Source: an uncultured Gemmatimonadales bacterium (lineage in GTDB: Bacteria; Gemmatimonadota; Gemmatimonadetes; Gemmatimonadales; GWC2-71-9). From it: DNA of 64,000 nt. The notes beneath the pieces were generated by a model. It did no database searches. It saw only the letters and a list, made by a program, of their open reading frames with translations, and was not told where the DNA came from. Shown here one piece after another: positions 1 through 11,124 of the stretch (position 1 is its first letter; each line of letters starts with the position of its first letter). Location of the stretch: positions 10,026-74,025 of the forward strand of contig CAWKMI010000004.1 of the NCBI GenBank assembly GCA_963850655.1, written 5' to 3'. Position numbers and translations under genes: made by a program.

Positions 1-1045
1 GCGTCCCAGAAATGGTCGGCGCCGGCGCCGTTGATCTGGTGTCCGCGCCGCAGTTGCGCGAGATCATGTTGTGGTCGCTGCCGGATGGCCCCGCCGCCAC
101 CAAACGCCCTGGGCCAGCGCCGGCCGGTGGCGTATGCCAGGACGGAGTCGCTGGTATTGGCCGGCTTTCCAGACGCGCATGAAGCCCTCGTCCCACTCGA
201 TGACGCCATCACCGTTGACATCGATGGTAACGAACTCGATCCGCGTGGCCGGAATCCGCGAGCCGATGGTGCCGGCGGTGATGTCATAGTCGCCATCGGC
301 GGCATCGGCATCCTGGGCGTACCTGCGCATCAGGTTGATCCGCGCCGGCGTCGGCCACGGCACCGGGGTGGTGCCGGTCTTGTACCCCTGCCTGAAGTTG
401 CCGGAGGACACGTTGCTGATGGACCCGACGACGTCGACGGTGCCGCGAAGAGCGACTTTGGGGCTGGAACAGCCGCCCTGATCTTGAGCGAGTTGTTCGA
501 GAAGAACGGCCCGTTGACCGATTCGCCGCAGCCATAACAGCGCGCTCCGCTCCAGTCATTGATCGCGACCGCGAACTTGGCCCACGATTCCTGGGTCAGT
601 AGCAGCCGCCGTGCGGCGACCGCGCCGCGCTGGTCGCGGATGATCGAAATCGCGCTGGCGAAATTACTGCCGTACTGGCCGGCCGTGGCCTGGCCACCCG
701 TCCGTCCGCCGGTGCGGCCGACATAGAGCGATCGGGTGATCCCGGGCAGCGCGGTGCCGTAGGCGTCGTCGACGGTCGCGCTGGACTGCCAGGGTGGTGT
801 AAGCCGTCGAGCGGCAGCAGCGAGTCGAAATCGCCGCGGTTGAGCGAGTCGCGGATGATTTCGAGTCCGCCATTGGCGGCCGCCTGCAGCGAGGCTTCCC
901 GGGCACTGAACCGCGTCGAGAGCTGGGCGCCCGATGGCAGTCCGATGGCCCCCATGGCCATCGCAGTGACCGCGAGGCTGACCAGCAGAAGCATCAGGAT
1001 GAGCGAGCCACCTCGGCGCCCGTGAAGCGTGGCTGCGATGGGCAT
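1..1045 (-). CDS. PilX-like type IV minor pilin/assembly protein (frameshifted, 3' end outside window)
   Basis: N-terminus MPIAATLHGRRGGSLILMLLLVSLAVTAMAMG..AREASLQAAANGGLE resembles the PilX N-terminal domain. Continues in ORFs 330..1343 and 64..411. Lies downstream of two prepilins. Confidence 0.7.
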
Positions 1046-1065
1046 GCTGACTCTCCCTCGGACGA

Positions 1066-2271
1066 TTATGGTGCAGTGCTTGACGTGACATTGAGCGTCC
1101 GGATAGTCGATTGTGATGGCGTGCAGTCCTGGGCGGCGATCCCGAAGGTGTAGGCTGTGCCCGGAAGGTTGTCCCCGATTTCCACCATGTAGCTGGTCTT
1201 GCCTGCCTCGGCGCGGACCACCACCAGCGGATCCACCCACGCGGTTGCACCCGCCAGCCGGCGGTAGAGGATGTACTGCAGCACATCGTCCTCCCCAGCG
1301 TCCTGGTCGGCGGAGTCGGTCCAGGTGAACCAGAGTCGACCACTCCCGGCCACCGTGTCGACCACGGTCAGGGCGCCGGGCTGAAGCGGGGCCCGGCCGC
1401 AGACCGTCGGGAGAGGGATGCCATTGTTCGGGAACCTCGATGGTCGAGGTCACATCGCGGAAGCGCTCGTGCTGCCCCCGTGTGCCCGTTCGTCAGGCGG
1501 AAGTTCATCCGCACGGCGCGGACCGAGTCGGGGCGGACGTAATCGGCACTGTCCGAGCGAACTGATGCCCGGCGATCAGCGGCCGCCGGATCAGCGGGAT
1601 GACGGCGTTCGGTGCCGTGAGGAGCGTGTCGCCGCTCACCAGCGTCCGCTGGATCAGGTATTCGAAGAACGGCTTGCCGCTCGGGTGGGCCAGGATGTTC
1701 CGTGCCACGATATCCGGGGGGCCGTTGTTGACCCGCTGGTACAGGATGTAGTCATCGGTCCTCGAGGTCGAGGCGTCGCCGGCGAAGTAGAACATGTAGG
1801 TCTCCGCAGGCGACACGGTGCCGTTCCCGAGGTGGTAGGTGCTGTCGGGATAGGTGTACGTGCTATTGGGGATGACCGTCTGCGTCGGCCTCGGTCCCAG
1901 GCCTCGCTCTCACCGACCGGTGTATCCGGATTGAAGTACGTGGCCCACCGGGTGTCGACCGTGTCTGCTCGATGTAGTCGGTGTTGAAGGCGAGCACGTC
2001 GTTGGCGCCATACACCAGCATCGGCTGGTTGTTCGGCGTGCCGGCGCCCATGGTCCGGATGACGCGTTCGGACTCTTCCATGGCGCTGCGGGCATTCTGG
2101 ATCGTGTCGAACCGGTCGACGTTGTCGCTGAACCCCCGCGACTGCGAGCGGAACAGCGAATAGGCGGCACCGGCGATGCCGACCGCCATGGTCATGGCGA
2201 TCAGCAGTTCGATGAGGCTGAAGCCGGCAGTGAGCGCGGCCGCAGCGAACAGGCGGGGAAGTGGTCATCAT
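1066..2271 (-). CDS. PilW-like prepilin with C-terminal fibronectin-III/Ig-like domain (frameshifted)
   Basis: Prepilin motif AGFSLIELLIAMTMAVG at ~2185-2230. Fragments are 1863..2195, 1505..1816 and 1066..1365 (FTWTDS..YILYRR..YTFGIAAQD, FN3-like). Confidence 0.7.
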
Positions 2272-2660
2272 GGGCTCGCAATGACGGCGGTGAGGGCGAC
2301 AGTGTCCTTCAGGCCTGGATCGAAGACCCGGACCGTCACCGTGGTGAGGTCACGGGCCGGGGATCCGGTCTGGTCCCGGACGACCTTGGTGGTGCGGCGC
2401 ATACAGGGATAGCCAGGAAACCCGGTGGTGTCGGAGACGCACCAGAGCTGTAGCGCGTGACCAGGCTGGTGTAGCTCGGGTCGGCGCGCACCAGCTCCAG
2501 TCGGTCGGAGGCGACACCGGCTTGCCACGACCCGGATCGAAGAGTTGGTCATGGCCTTGGAGAAGACGGCCGAGAAGCGAGCCACCGAACTGGCAATGAT
2601 CACCAGAATGACCATGGCGATCATCACCTCAATGAGCGTGAAGCCGGCTTGCTTGCGCAT
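2268..2660 (-). CDS. PilV-like prepilin-type N-terminal cleavage/methylation protein
   Basis: MRKQAGFTLIEVMIAMVILVII class III signal with G|F and E5. Overlaps the start of the next gene. Confidence 0.8.
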   Translation of the reverse strand: MRKQAGFTLIEVMIAMVILVIIASSVARFSAVFSKAMTNSSIRVVASRCRLRPTGAGARRPELHQPGHALQLWCVSDTTGFPGYPCMRRTTKVVRDQTGSPARDLTTVTVRVFDPGLKDTVALTAVIASP

Positions 2661-2826
2661 CTGTGCTCTCGATTTCAGGTCCTGGTGGCTCAAGCCGCCC
2701 TCCGCGTGATAATGCCGATCAGGACGATTGCGATTACCAGCCCAAAGCTGGGCCGCTCCGCGACGGCCATCAACCCCCGGGGGGGAGGCGGCACAAGATG
2801 GAGCTTGCAGCATAACCACAGTTCAC

Positions 2827-2842
2827 GCAAGAACCCTGCCCC
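2827..2842 (-). promoter_or_regulatory. Candidate sigma-54 -24/-12 promoter for the pilin operon
   Basis: Minus strand GGGGCAGGGTTCTTGC is GG-N10-GC ending in TTGC, ~170 bp upstream of the PilV-like start. Confidence 0.4.
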
Positions 2843-2879
2843 CGCTGGCGAGGGCACCAACTATCGGCATGACATGAAC

Positions 2880-2900
2880 TTATCCACATTCTGTGAAATC
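2880..2900. promoter_or_regulatory. Perfect DnaA box plus an adjacent degenerate inverted box
   Basis: TTATCCACA at 2880-2888, then a 3-bp spacer and TGTGAAATC. Confidence 0.5.
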
Positions 2901-3024
2901 ACCAGACACCCCCGTGACGGCGGAACGCAACACCCGCCAGCGATGGAGTCAAATTCCTTGACGGGTTACGTTTCCGCTCCTCGCGGCGCTGCCGCCGTTC
3001 CAATACCCCAGCCAGTATCGACCA

Positions 3025-4357
3025 ATGGCCGAAGTTTCCGTAATGGACAAGCTGGTTTCCCTCGCCAAACGGCGTGGATTCGTCTTCCAGTCCTCCGAGG
3101 TCTATGGCGGGCTCGGTTCCGTCTGGGACTATGGGCCGCTGGGGGTGGAGCTCAAGCGCAACATCAAGGACCGCTGGTGGCAGGCCCTGGTCCATGGCCG
3201 GGAGGACATCGAGGGGCTCGACGCCGGGATCCTGATGCACCCGAAGGTCTGGGAGGCTTCCGGTCACGTGAGTGGCTTTTCCGACCCGCTGATCGACTGC
3301 CGCACCTGCAAGGCACGCTTCCGGGCCGACAAGCTCGCCGATGCCCGCTGTCCCCAGAAGCCGAGCAAGTTGCCCGGGGAGCATTCGGCCTGCGACCTGA
3401 CTGAGCCGCGACAGTTCAACCTGATGTTCAAGACGTTCATGGGGCCGGTCGAGGAGAGCGCGGCGGCAATCTACCTCCGGCCGGAGACCGCGCAGGGAAG
3501 CTACGTCAACTTCCTCAACGTCCTCAATTCCTCACGGCAGAAGATCCCCTTCGGCATCGCCCAGATCGGCAAGGCGTTCCGGAACGAGATCACTCCCGGG
3601 AACTTCATCTTCCGGACCCGGGAATTCGAGCAGATGGAGATGCAGTTCTTCGTCAAGCCCGGGACTGATGAGGAGTGGTTCGAGCAGTGGCGCGAGATCC
3701 GGATGGCCTGGCACGTCGGCCTCGGTCTCAATCCCGCGAAGTTGCGCTGGCACCAGCACGGCCCTGGCGAACTCGCCCATTACGCCAAGGCAGCCTACGA
3801 CATCGAGTACGAGTTCTCGTTCGGATGGCAGGAGGTCGAAGGGGTCCACAACCGGACTGATTTCGACCTGCGGCGGCACCAGGAGTTCTCCGGCAAGAAG
3901 CTGGAGTATTTCGAGCAGGCGACCAACGAGCACTACCTCCCCTATCGTCATCGAAACAGCGATCGGCGCGGACCGGGTCACCCTGACGGTGATGGCAGAC
4001 GCCTACCGGGAGGAGACGGTGGATGGCGAAACTCGAGTCGTAATGGGATTCCGGCCTTCCATCGCCCCCATCAAGGCAGCGATACTTCCACTGGTCAAGA
4101 AGGACGGCATGCCGGAACTCGCTCGCGAACTGTATCACGACGTGCGAAGTCGGGTTCCGGCGTTCTACGACGATGCCGGTGCGATCGGCCGGCGCTACCG
4201 GCGGCAGGATGAGGTTGGCACCCCCTGGTGTATCACCATTGACGGAGACACGCTCACCGAGCGGAGTGTCACGATTCGCCACCGCGACAGCATGGCGCAG
4301 GATCGCGTGGGGCTCGATCAGGTGACGGCGTGGCTGAGTGAGCGTGTCGGCGAATAG
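3025..4357 (+). CDS. glyQS: Glycine--tRNA ligase (GlyQS, homodimeric type), one frameshift near 3945
   Basis: [23 protein letters not shown] and [11 protein letters not shown] motifs. The anticodon domain [14 protein letters not shown] lies in ORF 3668..4357. Confidence 0.95.
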
Positions 4358-4367
4358 AGGAACGTAT

Positions 4368-5729
4368 ATGAGCCACGATTCCAAGATGACCCGGATTGGC
4401 AATCACGCCCTTCGTCCCGAGAGCCTGATGATGGGGTTCGGGTACGATCCGTCGTTGTCCGAAGGGGCCCTGAAGTGCCCGGTCTTCCAGACGTCGACCT
4501 TTGTCTTCGAATCCGCCGAAGAGGGAAAGGCCTTCTTCGAGGTCGCCTACGGTCTCCGTGAAGCCGGGGCAGGCGAGGTGCCGGGACTGATCTACTCCCG
4601 CCTCAACAACCCCGACCTCGAGGTTCTCGAGGATCGGCTCTGCCTCTGGGATGAGGCGGAGGGTGCCCTGGTGTTCGCCAGCGGAATGGCGGCGGTCACC
4701 ACATCGTTGCTGGCCTTCGTGCGACCGGGTGATGTGGTGCTCCACTCCACTCCGCTCTACGGTGGTTCCGATCACTTCCTCCGCCACGTGCTGCCGACCT
4801 GGAACATCGAGGCCATCGGTCTCCCCGCCGGTGAGGCCCCCGACTCCCACGAGGCCGCACTGCGAAAGCAGATCGGCGACCGTCCCATCGGCGCGGTCTT
4901 CCTCGAGACGCCAGCGAACCCCACGAATGCGCTGGTGGATATCGCGGCCGTGGCAGCCTTGGCCCAGCGTCTCGCCGTTCCCGGTCGCCGGCCGGTGGTG
5001 ATGGTCGACAACACCTTTCTCGGCCCCCTCTGGCAGCAGCCGCTCAAGCACGGTGCGGATGTCGTGATCTACTCCGCGACCAAGTTCATCGGGGGCCACA
5101 GCGATACCATCGCCGGGGCCGCGCTCGGCAGTGCCGAGGTGATGGCACCCATTCGCACCCTGCGCACCTTTCTCGGTACCATGGCCAGTCCCTGGACCGG
5201 CTGGCTGCTGATGCGCTCGCTTGAGACGCTCAAGATGCGGATGACCGCGGCGATGAAGAATGCCGGCTACGTCGCGCAGTTCCTCAACGACCATCCGAAG
5301 GTCGAGCGTGTCCACTATCTCGGCAACCTGTCGGCGGAACACCCGATGTTCGAGGTCTACCAGCGACAGTGCCTTGGCCCGGGGTCGCTCATCGCCTTCG
5401 AAGTGCCCGGGGGCGAGGCGGCGGCCTTCCGAGTGCTCAATGCCCTTCGCCTGATCCATCTGGCGGTGTCACTCGGCGGCACGGAGTCGCTGGCGCAGCA
5501 CCCGGCCACGATGACACACGCCGATATCCCATACGATCAGCGGCAGCAATTCGGCATCACTGACGGGATGATTCGACTGTCGGTGGGAGTGGAGCATTAC
5601 GAAGACCTGATCGCCGACCTGGCCCAGGCGCTCGAGGCCGTTTCAGTGCCGACTGCCTCGGGTAAGCACGCTGAGCGTTTCCGCCCGTCGGGCGAGCCAG
5701 TGGTTTCCGCGACTTCCGGAGTGACCTGA
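4368..5729 (+). CDS. Cys/Met metabolism PLP enzyme (cystathionine gamma-synthase/methionine gamma-lyase family)
   Basis: YSRLNNP, FASGMAA, ETPANP, DNTF, YSATKFIGGHSD (PLP lysine), AVSLGGTESL, IRLSVGVE. Confidence 0.92.
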   Translation: MSHDSKMTRIGNHALRPESLMMGFGYDPSLSEGALKCPVFQTSTFVFESAEEGKAFFEVAYGLREAGAGEVPGLIYSRLNNPDLEVLEDRLCLWDEAEGALVFASGMAAVTTSLLAFVRPGDVVLHSTPLYGGSDHFLRHVLPTWNIEAIGLPAGEAPDSHEAALRKQIGDRPIGAVFLETPANPTNALVDIAAVAALAQRLAVPGRRPVVMVDNTFLGPLWQQPLKHGADVVIYSATKFIGGHSDTIAGAALGSAEVMAPIRTLRTFLGTMASPWTGWLLMRSLETLKMRMTAAMKNAGYVAQFLNDHPKVERVHYLGNLSAEHPMFEVYQRQCLGPGSLIAFEVPGGEAAAFRVLNALRLIHLAVSLGGTESLAQHPATMTHADIPYDQRQQFGITDGMIRLSVGVEHYEDLIADLAQALEAVSVPTASGKHAERFRPSGEPVVSATSGVT

Positions 5730-5731
5730 CG

Positions 5732-6004
5732 ATGGTTTTCGAGACAACGACAACACTCTCGGCCGATGAAGTCTTCGTGCGCGCGAAGCGGTTCTTTGCC
5801 GAGCGTGTTCCCGCCACCTCCGCCTTTCCCGAGCAGGAAGGACCGGGCTTCCTGGTGCTCCGCGGGCAGGGCGGAGAGAAGGTGGCCCTTGCCGCATTTG
5901 CCGATGCCGGGGGGACCAGGATCAGGGGGTCGACGCTGCTGTTTGACCAGGCCGTCGACCGCTTTCTCTCCGGCCTGCCCACGCCGGACGGGGAACCAGC
6001 ATGA
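5732..6004 (+). CDS. Hypothetical protein (90 aa)
   Basis: Tightly packed in the operon, overlaps the next start (ATGA), typical codon usage. Confidence 0.75.
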   Translation: MVFETTTTLSADEVFVRAKRFFAERVPATSAFPEQEGPGFLVLRGQGGEKVALAAFADAGGTRIRGSTLLFDQAVDRFLSGLPTPDGEPA

Positions 6005-6261
6005 GCAATTCGCTCCGGCTCCGCGTCACCGTGCTCGACAAGTGGGATGAAGTCGTCCTGGACCTGCCGGAATCGACCACGATCGCGGCGGTCAAGAGCG
6101 CGGCCCTCCTCGCCGCCAAGGTCACCGACTCCCCATCGGAGTTTGTCCTCAAGTTTCGGGGTGCCACGCTGCGCGACGAGACCTGCTCGCTCGCGGACGC
6201 AGGAGTTCCCGCCGACGCCGGGCTGATCGCCCTGCGCGAACGGCGACTCGCCGTGCGCTGA
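6001..6261 (+). CDS. Ubiquitin-like beta-grasp protein (YukD/EsaB-like)
   Basis: ..PESTTIAAVK..FVLKFRGATLRDETCSLADAGV.. parallels ubiquitin PSDTIENVK/LIFAGKQLEDGRTLSDYNI. No C-terminal GG. Confidence 0.65.
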   Translation: MSNSLRLRVTVLDKWDEVVLDLPESTTIAAVKSAALLAAKVTDSPSEFVLKFRGATLRDETCSLADAGVPADAGLIALRERRLAVR

Positions 6262-6265
6262 GGCG

Positions 6266-7159
6266 ATGCAGGTCTTCACTGCTCCGGGCTGTGCGGAGCA
6301 CGAGCCGGGTGTCGGGCATCCTGAAGCCCCCATCCGGCTCGCGGCGGTTCTGGCCGTGCTCCGCGGCGATCCGGCGGTTGCGGTCACCTTGTCACCGCCC
6401 GCGGCGCTCACTTCACTGCTCGCCCGCCACGATGCGAAGTACCTCGCCACCGTCGCGAAACGGTGTGCCGCAGGGGGTGGGGCCTTCGATGAGGACACGT
6501 CGGCCTCGCCGGCAACCTGGGGAGCCGTCCTTGGCGCCTCCGGAGCCGCCCTGGCGGCACTCGACTGCGCCCTCCGTGGGCGTGGCCATGCCTTCGCAGC
6601 GATCCGGCCGCCCGGGCATCACGCGCTCCGGGATCGCACCATGGGATTCTGCTTCGTCAATCACGTGGCCGTTCTTGCCGCCGAGGCACGGCGACGCGGT
6701 CACGACCGTGTGCTGATCGTCGACTGGGATGTCCACCACGGCAATGGGACGCAGGCAATGGTGGCGTCGGAGCCGGCAACGCGATTCGTCTCCATGCACC
6801 AATGGCCCTGGTGGCCCGGCACCGGGGCGGCCAGCGAGCGCGGAGTGGGGAACGTCTTCAACCTCCCGGAACCTGCCGGACTTGCGCCGACAGTCTATCT
6901 CGAGGCACTCTGGCACGGGATCAAGTCGGCGACCGACGACTGGACGCCTGACGTGGTCCTCGTGTCGGCCGGCTATGACGGCATGCGCGGCGATCCGCTC
7001 GGCGGCTTCACGCTTGAGCCGGAACACTACGCCACATGGACTCGACGCCTGCGGGAGCGATTTCCGGCGGCTCCCATCGCGATGGTGATGGAAGGCGGGT
7101 ACGCCCCCGAACGGCTCGCCGCGGGAGTGCTGGCGACGGTCCGGGCGCTCGGGGATTAG
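6266..7159 (+). CDS. Histone deacetylase family (Zn-dependent amidohydrolase)
   Basis: GHPE, RPPGHHA, GFCFVN, DWDVHHGNGTQ, SAGYD..DPLG, MEGGY. Confidence 0.95.
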   Translation: MQVFTAPGCAEHEPGVGHPEAPIRLAAVLAVLRGDPAVAVTLSPPAALTSLLARHDAKYLATVAKRCAAGGGAFDEDTSASPATWGAVLGASGAALAALDCALRGRGHAFAAIRPPGHHALRDRTMGFCFVNHVAVLAAEARRRGHDRVLIVDWDVHHGNGTQAMVASEPATRFVSMHQWPWWPGTGAASERGVGNVFNLPEPAGLAPTVYLEALWHGIKSATDDWTPDVVLVSAGYDGMRGDPLGGFTLEPEHYATWTRRLRERFPAAPIAMVMEGGYAPERLAAGVLATVRALGD

Positions 7160-7218
7160 CTTTGCCCGAGAGGCGCGTCTCTCGTCTCCCCTACGACACC
7201 CGATCACCGGTCGACGCC

Positions 7219-8239
7219 ATGACTCTCCGCCTCACCACCGAACTCCTCTCGCTCCACACGACCCACCCGTTCATCATTTCACGCGGAGGTCGCAGCGAGT
7301 TTCGCACCGTCATGGTGAAGGTGACCGATGCCGATGGCGTCGAGGGATGGGGCGAGGCCGCGGCAACCGCGTTCTACGGCGAGACCCTGGAGACCGTGCA
7401 GGCGGCGCTGCACACCTACGCGCCGCTGCTCGGCGACGATCCCTTTGCCCTCGACGCGATCGAGCGGCGGCTGGAGTCGACACTGGCCGGCAATGCCGCG
7501 GCGCGCGTGGCGATCTCCACGGCCTTGCATGATCTCGTGGGCAAGCGGCTCGGCATTCCGCTGTGGCAATACTGGGGCCTCGATCGGACCAAGGCGCCGC
7601 GCTCGACATTCACGATCGGCATGGACACGCCCGAGAAGATCAGGCAGAAAGTGGCCGAGGCTGCCGGCTATCCAATCCTGAAGGTCAAGCTCGGTTCGCC
7701 CAACGACCGTGAGATTCTCGCGACCATCCGGGGGGCGACCGACAAGGAGCTTCGTGTTGATGCCAATTGCGGGTGGACGCCGGCACACGCGGTGCAGATG
7801 CTGCCGATGCTCACCGAGTTCGGCGTGACCGTCCTGGAGCAACCGGTGATGCCGGGCGACATCGCCGGGCTGGCCCATGTCCGTCGCCAGTCGCCGATCC
7901 CGATCATTGCAGATGAGAGCTGCGTCACGTCGGCCCACATCCCCGGGCTGGCCGGCGCCGTCGACGGCATCAACATCAAGCTCGCCAAGTGTGGCTCCCT
8001 GCGGGAGGCGCTGCGGATGATCGCCATCGCGCGCGCCCATGGCATGATGGTGATGGTCGGGTTGCATGATCGAATCCTCGATCGGGATCACCGCCGCGGC
8101 GCACCTCACGCCGCTGGTCGACATCGTGGATCTCGATGGCGCCGCGCTGCTGCGCGATGACCCGTTTGTGGGCGCGACGATTCCCGCAGGGCAGGTGACG
8201 CTGCCCGACGGTCCGGGACTCGGCGTGGCCCCGCGATGA
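7219..8239 (+). CDS. L-Ala-D/L-Glu dipeptide epimerase (enolase superfamily), frameshift near 8060
   Basis: GWGEA, LKVKLG, VDAN, EQP, ADES, INIKLAKCG. DLDG follows the shift. Stop overlaps the priA ATG. Confidence 0.88.
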
Positions 8240-10654
8240 CCGAACGGTACGCGCACGTCGCGCTGCCGCTCCCGCTCGCCGACCCCTACACCTACCGGAT
8301 TCCGGCAACGCTCGCCGATCGCGCGCTCCCCGGGGCGCGCGTTGTCGTTCCCGTCCGGACCCGTGAACTGGTCGGCATCATCACCGCCGTCGATGTCCCG
8401 GCGCCGGCGATGGCATCGCGCGACCTGCTTGCCACTCCCGATGGGTCCCCGGCGATGCCGGCCATGCTGCTCGCCCTCGCCGAGCGACTGTCACACTACT
8501 ATGGAGCGCCACTCGGACTGGTCCTGCGCGCGATGCTGCCGGCGGCACTCTGGGGGCATTCGAGTGTCGACCTGGTGCTTGCTTGGCGGACGAGCCCGGG
8601 TGGGTGGTACGGCGGAGGAGCTGGTGCGCTGGCTCAGCGATCGCGGTGGGCGTGCCCCGATGCGCACCGCCGCGCGCGCGATGAAGCGCCCCCTCTGGGA
8701 CGTCGTGGACCGGCTCCAGCGGGTCGGCATCGTCGCCCTGGACGTGCTGCGGCCAGACACGTCCGGCGGGATTGCCACGGTCCGGGTCGCGGCGCTCAGC
8801 GGCGATCCCCTCTCGTTGATCGAGCGCGCCAGTCGTTTCCGCCGGGCGCCGAAGCAGCGGTTGCTCTACGAATTGCTCGAAGTGCGCGGTGGACGCGCGG
8901 TCGTCGCCGATCTGCTGGCGGCAGCAGGGGTCACGGAGGCTCCACTGAAAGCCCTCGCGACGGGCGGACTGGTGCAGCTCGGGCTTGCCGAGACAACTCG
9001 TGATCCGTTCGCCAACCTGCCACATTCGCCGCCGCCGCCGCACATGACGACCGATCAACGCGACGCGCTCACCTGGCTCGAGGCCGTGCCGCCGGGAGAG
9101 TCGGCGCTGCTGTTCGGTGTCACCGGGTCGGGAAAGACGCTGGTCTATCTCGAGCGCATCCGCGAACTGATCGCGGCGGGTCGTGGCGCGATCATCCTGG
9201 TGCCAGAGATCGCGCTGACTCCGCAGACGGTCAGCCGAGTCCGTGCCGTGTTCGGCGACGACGTAGCCGTACTCCACAGCGCCCTCTCCGACGGCGAACG
9301 CGCCGATGCGTGGCGCGCGCTGCGTCGCGGGGAGCGCCGGGTGGCCGTGGGGGCGCGCTCCGCCGTGTTCGCGCCGGTGCAGAACCTCGGAGTGATCGTC
9401 CTCGACGAGGAGCACGAGACGAGCTACAAGAACGGCGAAACGCCGCGGTATCACGCGCGCACCGTTGCCGCGATGCGAGCCCGCCTTGAAGGCGCAACCC
9501 TGATCCTCGGCAGCGCCACGCCATCGCTGGAATCATGGGCGGGCCTGGCCCATCGCGGCCGAATCGTCCGCCTGCCGGAACGAATCGCCGCCCGACCGAT
9601 GCCACCGGTCGACGTGATCGATCTCCGGGTGGCCCCGCAGGTGCGCGGCGTCTCGGGGTTGCCATGGAGCCAGCAGCTCGATGACGGGATCACCGCCGCG
9701 CTGGCGCGCCACGAGCAGGTGCTCCTTCTGCTCAACCGGCGCGGCTGGGCAGCGTTCGTGCAATGCCGCGACTGCGGCGAGGTGGTGAACTGTCCGCGCT
9801 GCAGCATTTCCCTGACGGTGCACCGCCAGCCCGCGGAGTTGCGCTGTCACTACTGTGATCATCGCCAGGCGATCCCAGCCCGATGTCCCGTATGCGGCGG
9901 TGAGGCCGCCAGGCCGTTGGGCGCCGGCACGCAGCAGCTGGAAGAACTCGCGGCGGCCCGCTTTCCCGAGGCGCGGCTGGCCCGGATGGATCTGGACACG
10001 ACGAGCGGAAAGTGGGCCCATCATCGAATCCTCGATCGCGTCGAGCGTGGCGACGTGGACATCCTCCTCGGGACGCAGATGATCGCCAAGGGGATCGACT
10101 TTCCGAATGTCACCCTCGTCGGCGTGGTCGACGCCGACACCGCGCTGCACCTGCCCGACTTCCGCGCGTCGGAACGGACCTTTCAGCTGATCGCGCAGGT
10201 CGCCGGTCGCACGGGTCGGGGGCCGAAAGGTGGCCGGGTTCTGGTCCAGACCCGGCAGCCGACCCACCCCGCGCTCGAGTTCGCCGCCCGCCACGACGCC
10301 GAGGGGTTCCTGGAAGCCGAGCTGATTGCCCGGCAGTCACCGCCCTATCCGCCGCACGTGGCGATCGCCAACATCATCATCTCTGGTCCCGACCGCGCCA
10401 CCGTCAGCCGTCGCGCTCTCGAGGTGGCCGAGTGGTGTGGGCGGGTGGTCGCCCATAATGCGCTGCCGCTCAGCGTCCTCGGCCCCGCACCTTGTCCGAT
10501 TGCGCGGATCAAGGACCGCTGGCGGGACCACCTCATCCTCAAGGGGCCACCCCAGGAGCTCGGACGCTGGGTGCGCGCGGCGGCCCCGCAACTGGCTGCT
10601 GGACGTGGCGACGTGCGGGTGGCGGTCGACCGGGACCCGGTGAGCCTGCTCTAG
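8236..10654 (+). CDS. priA: Primosomal protein N' helicase, frameshift near 8580
   Basis: GVTGSGKT, LVPEIALTPQ, DEEHE, GSATPS, LLNRRG, Cys-cluster zinc motifs, GTQMIAKGIDFP. Confidence 0.95.
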
Positions 10655-10710
10655 CCGGGCGTTCCCCACTATCCTTGGCCAATGCTCATTCTCCAGCTAT
10701 CCCGCGAACG

Positions 10711-11124
10711 ATGCGCCCAGGAGTGACTCCCGGCGGTCCGGGCGAGGGTCCCCCGTGGCAACGCCTGGCGGCCTGGCTTCGTGACGCCCTGCCGGTGGAG
10801 GAGGTCGACGGGGTATGGGTCTTCCGGATCCTGCGACGCGATCAGCGCGAGTTCGGCACCGCCGTCCTGAGCCGGATTGACGGCGATCGCCGGCGCATCT
10901 ACACCGCTCGCTATGTCGCCACGATCAAGGGCAAGCAGCGCGGCGGCTTCGAGGCGCACATGGAAGAGGTCGGCAGCGGTCCGATCGAGGCATTGCATGA
11001 GCTGCTGCAGCTGGTGCCGGTGCGGGCAGACGACGGGGAGCCGCCTCTGCCGGTCGACGTGCTGAGATGGTTCCCGGTCATGGCAGCGGTCACCGAGGAT
11101 GAGCATCCCGATGTCCCAGGATGA
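10711..11124 (+). CDS. Hypothetical protein
   Basis: Coding-like ORF that overlaps the Fur start. Start codon uncertain. Confidence 0.7.
   Translation: MRPGVTPGGPGEGPPWQRLAAWLRDALPVEEVDGVWVFRILRRDQREFGTAVLSRIDGDRRRIYTARYVATIKGKQRGGFEAHMEEVGSGPIEALHELLQLVPVRADDGEPPLPVDVLRWFPVMAAVTEDEHPDVPG

Noticed and set aside
6001-6261. Sulfur carrier (ThiS/MoaD), conjugated modifier or type VII secretion component
   Set aside because: No C-terminal GG/GE and no activating enzymes or T7SS genes in the window.
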